From an uncultured Gemmatimonadales bacterium (GTDB taxonomy: Bacteria; Gemmatimonadota; Gemmatimonadetes; Gemmatimonadales; GWC2-71-9): a DNA stretch of 64,000 nt. The position numbers were made by a program, and so were the translations under genes. The stretch spans positions 64,001 through 128,000 of the forward strand of contig CAWGSK010000030.1 of NCBI GenBank assembly GCA_963825055.1. The letters are read 5' to 3'. Position 1 is the stretch's first letter, and every line of letters begins with the position of its first letter. This document shows, piece after piece, positions 50,880-60,993 of the stretch. The notes below the pieces were generated by a model. It had not been told where the DNA came from and made no database searches. It worked only from the letters and a program-made list of their open reading frames with translations.

Positions 50880-51146
50880 ATGTTTGGATGGCTCGCTCTC
50901 GCGGCAACCGTGGCCGCCACTGTCGGCGGATTTCTCGTCGCCCGGAATTTCGTCCGGCGCCGCCTCCGCTTCGTTGACGCGGCCTACTCGCCGGTCGCAC
51001 CCTTCCTGGCCGGTCTCCTGGCGGCGATGATCGCGTGGCCGGTGGCGATCCTGCCGATCATCACCACGACCACCAGTGCGCTGTTCGGCATCGGGGTCGG
51101 CCTCGGCACGGCCAGCGGCGTCAAAGCCCTCAAACGGGGTACCTGA
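50880..51146 (+). CDS. Small membrane protein
   Basis: 88 aa with 2-3 TM helices and FVRRRLRFVDA. Confidence 0.7.
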   Translation: MFGWLALAATVAATVGGFLVARNFVRRRLRFVDAAYSPVAPFLAGLLAAMIAWPVAILPIITTTTSALFGIGVGLGTASGVKALKRGT

Positions 51147-51185
51147 CAGGCCGACCGCCTTGTCCGTCCTGTCCGTCCGTGCCGA

Positions 51186-51443
51186 TCAGGCGGTGGGCAA
51201 CTCTCCACCGCCCGGCTCCTCAAACAGGAATCGCTCCATGTTCCCGTACAGGAACTGCTTGGCTTCCGGGTCCCGGACGTCGAGCGCGTAGTGGTTGATC
51301 AGTTGTTTCTGGAGGTTGAGCCATTCGGCCCAGCAGACCTGGCAGATCGAGGCATAGACACGCCGGCCGAGGTCATTCTGGAACGGCTGGAACCCCATCT
51401 GGTCGCGGTCCTGGCCGCATCGACTGCAGGAAATGGTTGCCAT
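51186..51443 (-). CDS. Fe(II)-trafficking / oxidative-damage protection protein (YggX-like)
   Basis: PFQNDLGRRVYASICQVCWAEWL..Q..LINHYAL. Confidence 0.85.
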   Translation of the reverse strand: MATISCSRCGQDRDQMGFQPFQNDLGRRVYASICQVCWAEWLNLQKQLINHYALDVRDPEAKQFLYGNMERFLFEEPGGGELPTA

Positions 51444-51456
51444 GGTGGAAAGATAG

Positions 51457-52455
51457 CTACCACGTGGTGCCGAGCCGGAAGATGGCATCGATCCCCGGGC
51501 CGGTCGGTGAGACGTCCTCGGTCATCCCCACCCGCCATTGCCGCCCACCCTTCGTCCTGAGTATCCAGCCGAAATCGAGCGAGATCTGCCGGCGGTCAAG
51601 TTCCGCGAAACCGGTGCCCTCGTAGACCGGCGTGTGATAGTAGAAGGTACCGAACGCCGAGAGCCTGCCCACCAGAGTGAACCGAAGCCCGGTCGTCACC
51701 TGCCCGAACCATTCCCGCTGGTATGCCTGCAGGTCTCCGTGCCCCGGGCTCCAGCCGGCTCCCACGCTGGATTCCCATAACGCCCCGCTTCCGAGCGGCA
51801 CGCGCGCGACGTTCACCAGAGCCAGCCCGACCGTACCCCGCCCGTAGCCGTCGGGGCCGGTATGGCTGGGCACGGTCGCTGTCAGGGTGCTCTGGAGCCG
51901 GTCGGAGTGCCGCCGGGTCGCTGAGAGGCGGGCATCGCCCAGGGCAAGGTCGACGGGCTGGCGGTCGATGCTCGAGCCATCAGGGAACTGACCAGTCCAG
52001 GCAAAGGCATCCCTGGGCCGACGGTCCCGGGCCGGAATCGAGAACCCGAAGAGATCGTGATACCAGTTGAAGAACCCGTCCATCCAGCCGGCATAGGCGC
52101 CTTCCAGCGCGGCAGAGGCCTCCAGGTGGTACCGCCGGCCGATGTCATGCCCCGCGCTGAAATCCACACGGAGAAGTTCGGCATCGAGGAGATACTCGCG
52201 GGAGCCGGCGCGATCCGACTCGATGGCGCTCGCGTAGTCGAGCCCCAGCGACCACGTCCAGTGCGGCGACCCATCGCTCCATGCCGCAAACCCAAGCGGG
52301 CTTCGACTCGCCACTGCCGGGTTGATCGGACGGAATGCGGGCAGGCCGGACTGGGCCTCGACCCGTCCTGCCGGGAGCAGCACGAACCACAGCAGTGCCG
52401 CCGCGCGACAGGTGCGCGACGGCCACGCGCGATGAAGCACAACAACCTCGTTCAT
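51457..52455 (-). CDS. DUF3187-like outer-membrane protein
   Basis: Signal peptide, DGFFNWYHDLFG, GDARL, MTED and terminal Trp. Confidence 0.7.
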   Translation of the reverse strand: MNEVVVLHRAWPSRTCRAAALLWFVLLPAGRVEAQSGLPAFRPINPAVASRSPLGFAAWSDGSPHWTWSLGLDYASAIESDRAGSREYLLDAELLRVDFSAGHDIGRRYHLEASAALEGAYAGWMDGFFNWYHDLFGFSIPARDRRPRDAFAWTGQFPDGSSIDRQPVDLALGDARLSATRRHSDRLQSTLTATVPSHTGPDGYGRGTVGLALVNVARVPLGSGALWESSVGAGWSPGHGDLQAYQREWFGQVTTGLRFTLVGRLSAFGTFYYHTPVYEGTGFAELDRRQISLDFGWILRTKGGRQWRVGMTEDVSPTGPGIDAIFRLGTTW

Positions 52456-52591
52456 GAGCCGGGATGGTCAGGCAGGATAAACGACGGGCGCCGGGAGTGG
52501 AATCCCGGCGCCCAGGTGATCTGGTGTGTCGCGTGAAGGCATGACTCGGAGTCGGCCGTCCTGTCCGCCAGTCCGTCTTGTCGCCTGTTGC

Positions 52592-53440
52592 TCAGGGATT
52601 GACGGTAATCGAGTGGCGCTTGTGCATCCGCATGATGTCCAGGCGGATCGGCTCGCCGGGCTGGTAGCTGCGGAGAATCCGGAGGAGGTGCCCGGGACTG
52701 GTCGGCTCACGGCCGTCCACCGACAGGACGACGTCCCCCGGTTCGAGGTCGAGGCGCGAGCGCTCCGGAACGCGGATCACGAGCACGCCATCCCGGACGC
52801 CGAAGTAGCGCCCCAGGCCGGGGTTCATCGGTGCCAGTTCGAGATCGCTGACACCGAAGCGGTAGACGGAGAGCTGGCCGAAGGGCGCGCCGGGATCGTC
52901 GCGCATGAACGGCGCGCCCACGCGATCCCGGACCTCCATCGACGGCGAAAAGACGCTGGAGTCGGTGTTGACCGTATAGCCGTATGCCAGCTCCGGCGAT
53001 TCGTCCGCCACGAGACGGGCCGTATGACGGGCGGTCCCGCGGCGATAGACCAGCGATACCGTATCACCGGGCTCGATGCGGGCGGCGAGTTCGATGAGCT
53101 GCATGCCTGGCGTGGAGGCACCACCGGGAAGCCGCTGCGCCCGCGTGAGCACGGCACCGTTCATCGCCGTGATAATGTCGCCCGAGCGTATCCCGGCACG
53201 CGCTGCCGGCCCGCCCGGCGTCACTGCCGAGACCAGGGCGCCCGTCGAGTCGGCCGCCTGGGTATCAATGATGACTCCGATGCGGCCGCGGCGGCTGACG
53301 AACCACTCGATCACCTGCTGGGGGCCGGGGGTTGCCACGTATTGCCGGACCCGGGTGCTGTCCCGCACCTGTCCGTGGCCTGCGGAGGGAATGATCAACG
53401 CCAGGGCCACCAGTCCCGTGGCCAGCATGCCGAACCGCAT
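52592..53440 (-). CDS. Exported tandem-PDZ-domain protein (no protease domain)
   Basis: Signal peptide; GRIGV..VTPGGPAARAGIRSGDII; second PDZ YFGV..GVLV...LEPGDVVL.VDG. Confidence 0.8.
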   Translation of the reverse strand: MRFGMLATGLVALALIIPSAGHGQVRDSTRVRQYVATPGPQQVIEWFVSRRGRIGVIIDTQAADSTGALVSAVTPGGPAARAGIRSGDIITAMNGAVLTRAQRLPGGASTPGMQLIELAARIEPGDTVSLVYRRGTARHTARLVADESPELAYGYTVNTDSSVFSPSMEVRDRVGAPFMRDDPGAPFGQLSVYRFGVSDLELAPMNPGLGRYFGVRDGVLVIRVPERSRLDLEPGDVVLSVDGREPTSPGHLLRILRSYQPGEPIRLDIMRMHKRHSITVNP

Positions 53441-54048
53441 CAGAGCCCCACCGCGCTCGCCTTGGTCACGTGGACATCGACCAGGGCATCCAGCAGGCCC
53501 ACGCGCTCGCGCCACAGCCGCAGCAGTTCCTCGTCGCGGCGGCTGTCCCGCTGAAGCTGGGCGGCTTCCAGCCGCCGGTCCAGCACCGAGATCCGTCCTT
53601 CGAGCTCGTCGGCCATCCGGGCCGTATGACCGTCCAGGACCCTCCGCTCCGGCCCGTAGCGCCTGATCGCGTCTTCCAGCGTGGCCGACTCGGCCTGCGC
53701 CTGGCTGATGGCCCGCGTCATGGCGGTCTCGGCCACCGGAGCATTCCCCGAACCGCCGATGAGCACGGCCAGCACGAGCGAAGCCGCCAGCGCGAAACTG
53801 GCCACGGCGCCCCACCGTGCATGCCGGATACGGCGGTCGGCCTGGAGGCGGGCACGAACCGCGGGCCAGCGGTCGCGCGGCGGCCGCAGCGCTGGAAGCG
53901 CCTTCAGCCGCGCCACGCGCTGGTGCAGTCGCTCGAGCTCGACCCGGCAGGCCGCGCACGTGGCGAGGTGCGCCTGGATATCCGCGCGACCGGGCCCCGC
54001 AAAGGGCTCCCGAGCCTCGACGAGCTGGTCCATGGTGAGGTGGGTCAT
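53440..54048 (-). CDS. Anti-sigma factor (ZAS, TM helix, coiled coil)
   Basis: HLATCAAC HxxxCxxC motif. Confidence 0.8.
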   Translation of the reverse strand: MTHLTMDQLVEAREPFAGPGRADIQAHLATCAACRVELERLHQRVARLKALPALRPPRDRWPAVRARLQADRRIRHARWGAVASFALAASLVLAVLIGGSGNAPVAETAMTRAISQAQAESATLEDAIRRYGPERRVLDGHTARMADELEGRISVLDRRLEAAQLQRDSRRDEELLRLWRERVGLLDALVDVHVTKASAVGL

Positions 54049-54584
54049 ACGTCCTGCTCCTCCCCCAGCCAGCGCCGGAGCCGGGCATGCGCTCGCGCCA
54101 GCTGGGACTTCGAAAAACTCACGGTCTTGCCCATCATGTCGCCGATTTCTTCATGCGTATATCCCTCGACGTCATGCAGCCATACCACGGCGCGCGACGT
54201 CTCGGGGAGCCGCTCGAGGGCGGCTTCCAGATCCATCCGGAGCAGGCCGTCCTCACGCCGCCCCGGATGCAGTTCGTCCTGCAGTTCATCCGTGTCCCGG
54301 TACCGGTTGCGCCGCAACCGCATCAGGGCCTTGCTGCTGGCGATCGTCCGGATCCATGACCAGAGGCTTCCCTGACCCCTGAACTGGTGCAGGCTGCGGC
54401 AGACCTCGAAGAAGGTCTCCTGCAGCACGTCCTCCGCATCCTCGGCGGTGCGACAGATGCGCCGCGCGATGGCGTAGACTGGCGCCTCATAGGCCCGGAA
54501 TACCTGCTCGAGCGCCTCGGGGTCCCCTTTCCGGGCCCGGGCCAGTACGGCTTCCGCATTCGCGATCGCGTAGACAGTGGTCAT
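54045..54584 (-). CDS. ECF RNA polymerase sigma factor
   Basis: DAEDVLQETF, WIRTIA and LHDVEGYTHEEI...SKSQLARA. Confidence 0.92.
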   Translation of the reverse strand: MTTVYAIANAEAVLARARKGDPEALEQVFRAYEAPVYAIARRICRTAEDAEDVLQETFFEVCRSLHQFRGQGSLWSWIRTIASSKALMRLRRNRYRDTDELQDELHPGRREDGLLRMDLEAALERLPETSRAVVWLHDVEGYTHEEIGDMMGKTVSFSKSQLARAHARLRRWLGEEQDV

Positions 54585-54719
54585 CGCCTTAAAGATGCGC
54601 TGGTCAGCCGCAGCGTTGCAGGGGCAGGAGGACCGGTAGCGTTTCATTATGAAACCTATGCGCAGCCACCCATCCTCCCCTGGAGCCACCAGCGAGGGCC
54701 GACGGTTACATTGCGCCGC

Positions 54720-55835
54720 ATGTCAGACGCCCCATCGGATTGGGTGCACCACCTCGAGGACGAGGCGGACGCAGCCTTCATGTATCGCGAACTCGCCGTG
54801 ATCGAGGAAGATCCGAAGCGGGCCGGTATTTTCCGCCGTCTCGCCGAGGTGGAAGACCGGCACGTCGTCCTGTGGCGAAAGCTGCTTGAGGAGCAGGGGC
54901 ACAGGGTCCCGGACCATTCGCCGGGCCTCCGTGCCCGGGGGATGGTCTGGGTCGCAAAACGGTTCGGCGCCGGCACCGTCCTGCCGATGCTGCTTGAGGA
55001 GGAGGGTCGCGAGGTCAAGGGTTACCTGGACCTTTATCGTGACGCCCCCGATGGCGCGACCGGGCCCACGGCCCTTCGCCTTGCCCGGGAATCAGCCGAG
55101 CACGCCGAGTCCCTCGCCCGGATTCAGGGGTCCAGCAGCGAGCCCTGGCACAAGACCGGGGCGGGCGGCTTCCTGCGGAACGTGGTCTACGGGTTCAATG
55201 ATGGCCTGACGGCCAACTTCGGCCTTGTCGCCGGGATGATCGGCGCGCAGTCCAGCTTCGGGACCGCCGCTCACGCAGTCCTCGTCGCCGGACTCGCGGG
55301 CATGGTGGCCGACGCACTCTCGATGGGCAGTTCGGGCTATCTCGCGGCCAAGAGCGAGCGCGAAGTGTTCGAGCACGAGATCGCGATGGAGAAGGAGGAG
55401 ATCCGGCTGATGCCTGAAGTGGAGCGCGAGGAACTGTCGCTGCTCTACCAGGCGAAGGGAATCCCGGAGGAGCAGGCGGACGCCATCGCGACCCAGGTCA
55501 TGCTGGACCCGGAACGCGCTTTGGAGGAGAAGGTCCGCGAGGAGCTCAAGATCGGTGAGGCGACCACCACCCCACTGCGCGAGGGCTGGATCACCGGCAG
55601 CGCAACCATGGTTGGCGCCCTGATCCCCGTCGCCCCGTTCCTCTTCCTGCACGGCGCTGCGGCCATCTGGACGGCCTTCGTCGCGGCCATGCTCTCCCAC
55701 TTCCTCGTTGGCGCGGCCCGGAGCTTCTTCACCGGCCGTGGCATCTTCCGCAGCGGGTTCGACATGTTCGTGGTCGGGCTCGGCGTGGCGGGCGCGGGGT
55801 ATCTGGTCGGGGAGATGATCGTCAGGATGCTGTGA
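54720..55835 (+). CDS. Rubrerythrin-like plus VIT1/CCC1 iron transporter fusion
   Basis: N-terminal E..A..Y/EDRH/E..H ferritin-like motifs; YGFNDGL and ALSMG..GYL VIT1 motifs. Confidence 0.9.
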   Translation: MSDAPSDWVHHLEDEADAAFMYRELAVIEEDPKRAGIFRRLAEVEDRHVVLWRKLLEEQGHRVPDHSPGLRARGMVWVAKRFGAGTVLPMLLEEEGREVKGYLDLYRDAPDGATGPTALRLARESAEHAESLARIQGSSSEPWHKTGAGGFLRNVVYGFNDGLTANFGLVAGMIGAQSSFGTAAHAVLVAGLAGMVADALSMGSSGYLAAKSEREVFEHEIAMEKEEIRLMPEVEREELSLLYQAKGIPEEQADAIATQVMLDPERALEEKVREELKIGEATTTPLREGWITGSATMVGALIPVAPFLFLHGAAAIWTAFVAAMLSHFLVGAARSFFTGRGIFRSGFDMFVVGLGVAGAGYLVGEMIVRML

Positions 55836-55838
55836 ACA

Positions 55839-55918
55839 GCAGTGATTAGTGTTTCCGGGCCGGCTCCCACCCTGAAGCACTACGCACTACTCACTACTCA
55901 CTACGCACTATTCACTGC
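55839..55918. repeat. Heptamer array (KCACTAC x6) with a short inverted arm
   Basis: 55877-55918 GCACTAC GCACTAC TCACTAC TCACTAC GCACTAT TCACTGC; 55839-55851 is complementary at 12/13. Confidence 0.9.
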
Positions 55919-56819
55919 CCCTCACCACCTTCACCCCCCTCCGCCGCTTCACCAGTTCTGCTCCGCTGATACAGGCCGCGAGCCATACCGTGCCGGCGGC
56001 GAAACCCGCGACGACGTCACTGAAGTAGTGCACCCCCAGGTACATCCGGCTGAACCCGATGAAAATGGTCCAGACGATCGCGGCGACGATAACGGTGTTA
56101 CGGGTTCCGCGCCCCGGCACCAGGGAAATGATGACGTAGGCCAGCATGCCGGATGCAATCAGGGTGGACATGGAATGTCCGCTCGGGAAACTCCAGCTTC
56201 CGGCCGTGATGAACGGATTGGGGAAGACCGGCCGGGGGCGCTCGAACATGGACTTGAGCCCGTAGTTCAGGACCCCTCCCCCCACCATCGCGACCGTCCA
56301 GGCGATGGCCAGGATGCGCTCCTTCCGGGCCAGGAGCGTGACCAGGACCACGACACCCAGGATGCCGAGCGCCGTGCCCGACCCGAGATTGGTGAGCGCC
56401 CGGAGGGCGTTCACGCCCCCCTCGGTCGCGGCTCCATGCAGTGCATTGGCCAGGGCCAGGTCGAACCGGACCATCGCGGCGCGGCCGGTGACGGCTGCCG
56501 CCAGCCGCACGAAGCCGATGGCCGCGAGGCTCGCCACCAGGCCGACCGCCAGGTGGGCCAGCAGGTACTCGGAGGGAGTCAGGCGGTGCAGGAATCGCCG
56601 CAGGCGGGGGGCCCGGCCGGCGGTGTAGCTGAGGGGAGGATGGGTCACGGCCCAGCGCCATCCGCGAACCGCCGCGGACCAGAGACGTCCGCGGTTGCCT
56701 ATTACCACGCTGCCGAGCACGAGCGCGGCGAGCGAGGTCATCGCGAGAATGACGGCAACCAGCCCGAGGACGAGGAACGGATGCGACCCGATCCGGGTGG
56801 CCAGTTCCTCCAGCGTCAC
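55908..56819 (-). CDS. PAP2-family phosphatase (membrane)
   Basis: KSMFERPRP, SFPSGHS and SRMYLGVHYFSDV motifs. Confidence 0.92.
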   Translation of the reverse strand: MTLEELATRIGSHPFLVLGLVAVILAMTSLAALVLGSVVIGNRGRLWSAAVRGWRWAVTHPPLSYTAGRAPRLRRFLHRLTPSEYLLAHLAVGLVASLAAIGFVRLAAAVTGRAAMVRFDLALANALHGAATEGGVNALRALTNLGSGTALGILGVVVLVTLLARKERILAIAWTVAMVGGGVLNYGLKSMFERPRPVFPNPFITAGSWSFPSGHSMSTLIASGMLAYVIISLVPGRGTRNTVIVAAIVWTIFIGFSRMYLGVHYFSDVVAGFAAGTVWLAACISGAELVKRRRGVKVVRGSE

Positions 56820-56831
56820 GGCGCCCCCCGC

Positions 56832-59210
56832 TCAGCCCACGACGAGATTGAGCAGCCGGTTGGGCACGAGGATCTTCTTCCGGACCGACTGTCCCTCGAC
56901 GAACCGCTGAATCGTGTGGTCGTCAAGAGCTGCGCGGACCACGGCATCCTCTCCCGCGTCCCGTGCCACGGTCACGCGCGAGCGCGTCTTGCCATTCACC
57001 TGGATCACCACCTCCACCTCGTCCTCGACCAGTGCGGCCGGGTCGTGCACCGGCCACACCCCGCCGAAGACGCTGGGCGTTTCCCCGAGTCGCTGCCAGC
57101 ACTCCTCGGCGAAGTGCGGGGCAAAGGGGGCGAGCAGGACGACCAGGTCCCGCACCACCGGCCGCGGCGCCTGGCTGTGCTCCCGCAGCACGTTTACCAG
57201 TTCCATCATCGCGGCAATCGCGGTGTTGTAGTGCAGGGATTCGATGTCCTCGGTCACCTTGCGGATGGTCTGGTGCCACTTGGTCCGGACCGGGGCCACC
57301 ATCGCCCCGTCCTCGCCCGCAGCCTCGCCGACCAGCGCCCAGACCTTGTCCAGGAAGCGCCGGATACCACTGATGCCAGCGTCGCGAAAGTCCCCGCCCT
57401 CGAGAAACGGCCCGAGAAACATGAGGTACATGCGGAACGTGTCCGCACCCCATGCCTCGATGTAGTCGTCGGGCACCACCACGTTCCCCCGCGACTTGGA
57501 CATCTTGGCCCCGTCCTTCACGATGAGGCCATGGGCGCGGAACCGGGTGAACGGCTCCTCGAACTCGAGCAGCCCCCTGTCATGCAGCACCATCGTAATG
57601 AAGCGGGAATAGAGCATGTGGAGAACCGCATGCTCGTTGCCGCCGATGTAGCTGTCGACCGGGAGCCAGGTCCGGGTCAGCGCTCCATCGAATGCGACAT
57701 CGTCACGGTCACTCGATGGGTAGCGCAGGAAATACCACGCCGAGTCGAGGAACGTGTCGCTGACGTCCGTCTCCCGCCGTGCCCGGCCGCCGCAGGTGGG
57801 GCAGTCGACGTAGTACCACTCCTCATGCCGCGCCAGCGGCGAGACCCCCGAATCGTCCGGGCGGAAGTCCTCGATGGCCGGGAGGAGCACGGGAAGATCC
57901 GACTCCGGCACGGGCACCGTCCCGCACGCATCGCAGTAGATGATCGGGATGGGGGGTCCCCAGTACCGCTGCCGGGAGATGCACCAGTCGTGCAGGCGGT
58001 ACTGCACCCGGGGCGTCGCGGCCCCGCGCTCCGCCAGCCAGGCCAGAATGGCGGGGATGGCGTCCGCGGCCGGCATCCCGTCGAACGCACCGGAATGGAC
58101 GAGCCGCCCGTCCTCGCCTATCACCTGCACCACGGGCAGGTCGTGGACCCCGGCGAATTCGAGGTCGCGCTCGTCGTGTGCGGGCACGGCCATGATGGCG
58201 CCGGTGCCGTATTCCATCAGCACGTAATCGGCAATCCAGACGGGGACGCGCTCGCCCGTGGCCGGGTTGATCGCGTAGCCTCCGGTGAAGACGCCGGTCT
58301 TGGCCCGGTCGCCGATCTTCCGGGAGACCAGGTCGCGTGACGCGACCTCGGCCCGGTACGCCTCGACCGCGGCGCGCTGTTCGTCCGTGGTGAGTTCATC
58401 CACCCGCGGGTGTTCCGGCGCCAGCACCATGAAGGTGGCCCCGAACGTCGTGTCGGGCCGCGTCGTGAAGACCCGGATCGGCCCGGCGCCCTCGACCGCG
58501 AAGTCCACCTCACCGCCCTCGGAGCGCCCGATCCAGTTGCGCTGGGCGGTGCGGGTCGTGTCGGACCAGTCCAGCGTATCCAGGTTGTCGAGCAGCCGGC
58601 CGGCGTATTCGGTGATGCGGAAAAACCACTGCTCCAGCGAGCGCTGCTCCACCAGGGTCTCAGGATGGCGTTCGCAGTAGCCCGCGATCACCTGCTCGTT
58701 GGCGAGGACGGTCTTGCACTCCGGGCACCAGTTGACCGCGGCCTTCTTACGGTAGGCCTTCCCTGCCTTGTAGAGCTGGAGGAAGAGCCACTGGGTCCAG
58801 CGATAGTACTCCGGGTCCGTCGTCGAGAGGGCGTGACGCCAGTCGAACATGCCGCCGATGCGCGTGAGCTGGCGGCGGAAGGTCGCAATGTTCCGGGGGA
58901 TGAGTTCGCCGGGATGGACCCCGAGCTTGATGGCAAAGTTCTCGCTGTGGATGCCGAAGGCGTCGAAGCCGATCGGCTCGAAGACGTCCCAGCCCTGCAG
59001 CCGGCGGAACCGGCCGAAGATGTCCGCCCCCGTGAATGCGAACATGTTGCCCACGTGCAGCCCCTCGGCCGACGGGTAGGGGAACATCATGAGGTTGTAG
59101 AACGGCCGGGAGGCATGATCGAGGTCCGGCTCGTTCACGTGGTGGTCGGCCCACCAGGCCTGCCAGCGCAGTTCGATCGCCGAGGGATCGTAGGACGTGG
59201 TCTCGCTCAT
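56832..59210 (-). CDS. leuS: Leucine--tRNA ligase
   Basis: [39 protein letters not shown] and KMSKS motifs. Confidence 0.97.
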   Translation of the reverse strand: MSETTSYDPSAIELRWQAWWADHHVNEPDLDHASRPFYNLMMFPYPSAEGLHVGNMFAFTGADIFGRFRRLQGWDVFEPIGFDAFGIHSENFAIKLGVHPGELIPRNIATFRRQLTRIGGMFDWRHALSTTDPEYYRWTQWLFLQLYKAGKAYRKKAAVNWCPECKTVLANEQVIAGYCERHPETLVEQRSLEQWFFRITEYAGRLLDNLDTLDWSDTTRTAQRNWIGRSEGGEVDFAVEGAGPIRVFTTRPDTTFGATFMVLAPEHPRVDELTTDEQRAAVEAYRAEVASRDLVSRKIGDRAKTGVFTGGYAINPATGERVPVWIADYVLMEYGTGAIMAVPAHDERDLEFAGVHDLPVVQVIGEDGRLVHSGAFDGMPAADAIPAILAWLAERGAATPRVQYRLHDWCISRQRYWGPPIPIIYCDACGTVPVPESDLPVLLPAIEDFRPDDSGVSPLARHEEWYYVDCPTCGGRARRETDVSDTFLDSAWYFLRYPSSDRDDVAFDGALTRTWLPVDSYIGGNEHAVLHMLYSRFITMVLHDRGLLEFEEPFTRFRAHGLIVKDGAKMSKSRGNVVVPDDYIEAWGADTFRMYLMFLGPFLEGGDFRDAGISGIRRFLDKVWALVGEAAGEDGAMVAPVRTKWHQTIRKVTEDIESLHYNTAIAAMMELVNVLREHSQAPRPVVRDLVVLLAPFAPHFAEECWQRLGETPSVFGGVWPVHDPAALVEDEVEVVIQVNGKTRSRVTVARDAGEDAVVRAALDDHTIQRFVEGQSVRKKILVPNRLLNLVVG

Positions 59211-59331
59211 GGCGGTCAATCTAGTCCGGGGCGAAACCCGCCCCAACCCCGCCCCGGGGCGCTTGCCCGCCCTCCGACCGGCCCCTAACTTTGCCAGGCC
59301 CCCTCCTCACCGGTCTCTGCTCCGGAGCTCC

Positions 59332-60993
59332 ATGCCTCGCACGCGTTTCAGGCTCACGCGCCTCATCTGGACCCTGAGCGCGGCCGCCACCCTTCTCCTG
59401 CTGGCCCTGAGCGGCTTCTTCATGGCCCGTGGGACCATCCTCATGGTGCGGTCCCGCACGGACGGCATGCTCGAGGAATACGCCGCCCGCACCACAGACC
59501 TGATCAATCTTCGTCTGGCTTCCCTCGCACCCGGCAGCCTGACGGCCGATGCGGTGCCCCTGGTACTCCGCCTCCCCCCCACCAGGGACATCCAGGTGCA
59601 GGTGACCGATCCCGGCCATGCCGTGGCCCTCACCACCGACCCGGCCCTGACCAATCGTACACTGCCGGACGATGTCTACGCCCGCACTGGCGTCGCCGTG
59701 CATCGCAGGGCCTCCAGCGGCCTCGAGTCGATCGTGACCATGCCCCTCTCGGTACCAGGCTGGCATCTGGTCGCGCGGCAACCGCTGCGGAGCCCGGCGA
59801 TGTTCATGATGGACCTCGCCAGGCAGGTCTGGATTGAGTCCGTGGTGCTGCTCGCCCTGGCGGCCCTGGTCATGGCTTTCCTCGTCCGCTTCCTGCAACG
59901 GGCCGTTGTCGCGCCGCTGGCAGGGCTCGAAAACGTCGTGACCCGGGTGGCCCAGGGAGACCTCTCGGTCCAGTTGAACGATGACTTGAACTCCTCCCAC
60001 GAGGTCTCCCAGCTCGTGCGGGGGGTCGGCTTCATGGTGGTGGAGTTGCGTACCCTCGCCCAGTCGATCCAGTCCGCGTCCACCGATGCGGCTACCCTCG
60101 CCATGCAGATCTCGGCGTCCACCCAGCAGATGTCCGCGTCAACGGAGGAAGTCGCCGGCACCTGCGGCGACCTGACCGATCGTGCCAACCGGCAGGCAGC
60201 GCTGGTTCGCGCCACCGCCGACGATGCTTCTCGCATTCTCGCCATTGCCAAGGAACTGGCACAGGGTGCCCAGGAGGCCGCCGAGCGCAACGCGGCGCTT
60301 GCCCGGCTGGCCCGGTCACACAAGGAACAGCTCGACGCAAGCTCCGCTCAGCTGGACCGTCTTGCGGGGGAGATCGAGCTCGGGGCCGACGAAGCCGAGG
60401 CTCTGACCACGGCGTCGGAGGAGATCGAGAAGTTCGTGATCCAGACAAAGGCCATTGCCCGGCAGACGCACATGCTCGCACTGAATGCGGGTATCGAGGC
60501 AGCCCGGGCAGGGGCGGAAGGACGGGGATTCGCCGTGGTCGCGGAAGAGGTCCGCAAGCTGTCAGGCCAGGCCGCGCAATCGGCGACGAACACCAGCCAG
60601 ACCGTCGAGGTGGTGCAAAGCCGCGTGCGGACCGCGCGCGAGCGACTGCTGCGACTGGCCCAGGGAGGGGTGGCCGCGCGGGACGCCGCGACGACGGCCG
60701 CACAGGGCCTCGGACGGGTAGCAAGCGAGGCCGAGGCCAACGACAGCTGGACCCAGTCCATTTCGGGCTCGGCGGGCGAAGTGAGCTCGCTCGTGGAAGG
60801 CATCGCCGACCGGATGGGGGCTATCACCGAGGGGACTGAGGAGTTTGCCGCGGCCGCCCAGGAAATCGCGGCCTCGGCGGAAGAGTTGAGTGCCTCGACG
60901 GTTGAGATTGCCCACTCGGCGACCCAGCTCTCCGAGGCCTCCGGCCAGTTGACCGGCGCGGTCCGGCGCTTCCGGGTACGCGACGGGGACTAG
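59332..60993 (+). CDS. Methyl-accepting chemotaxis protein
   Basis: Two TM helices, HAMP domain and [34 protein letters not shown] hairpin. Confidence 0.93.
   Translation: MPRTRFRLTRLIWTLSAAATLLLLALSGFFMARGTILMVRSRTDGMLEEYAARTTDLINLRLASLAPGSLTADAVPLVLRLPPTRDIQVQVTDPGHAVALTTDPALTNRTLPDDVYARTGVAVHRRASSGLESIVTMPLSVPGWHLVARQPLRSPAMFMMDLARQVWIESVVLLALAALVMAFLVRFLQRAVVAPLAGLENVVTRVAQGDLSVQLNDDLNSSHEVSQLVRGVGFMVVELRTLAQSIQSASTDAATLAMQISASTQQMSASTEEVAGTCGDLTDRANRQAALVRATADDASRILAIAKELAQGAQEAAERNAALARLARSHKEQLDASSAQLDRLAGEIELGADEAEALTTASEEIEKFVIQTKAIARQTHMLALNAGIEAARAGAEGRGFAVVAEEVRKLSGQAAQSATNTSQTVEVVQSRVRTARERLLRLAQGGVAARDAATTAAQGLGRVASEAEANDSWTQSISGSAGEVSSLVEGIADRMGAITEGTEEFAAAAQEIAASAEELSASTVEIAHSATQLSEASGQLTGAVRRFRVRDGD

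Noticed and set aside
52592..54088. 498-aa ORF as an anti-sigma/PDZ fusion or frameshift
   Set aside because: The upstream portion is an off-frame read of the anti-sigma gene; the PDZ gene has its own ATG and signal peptide at 53440.
55842..58340. Long ORFs antisense to real genes (832 aa here; also 6881-8764, 27544-29376, 34616-36292, 44041-45615)
   Set aside because: Typical stop-poor shadow frames of high-GC coding sequence, with no recognisable motifs.
59332..60993. Orphan chemoreceptor as a novel system
   Set aside because: MCP genes are commonly dispersed away from che operons.
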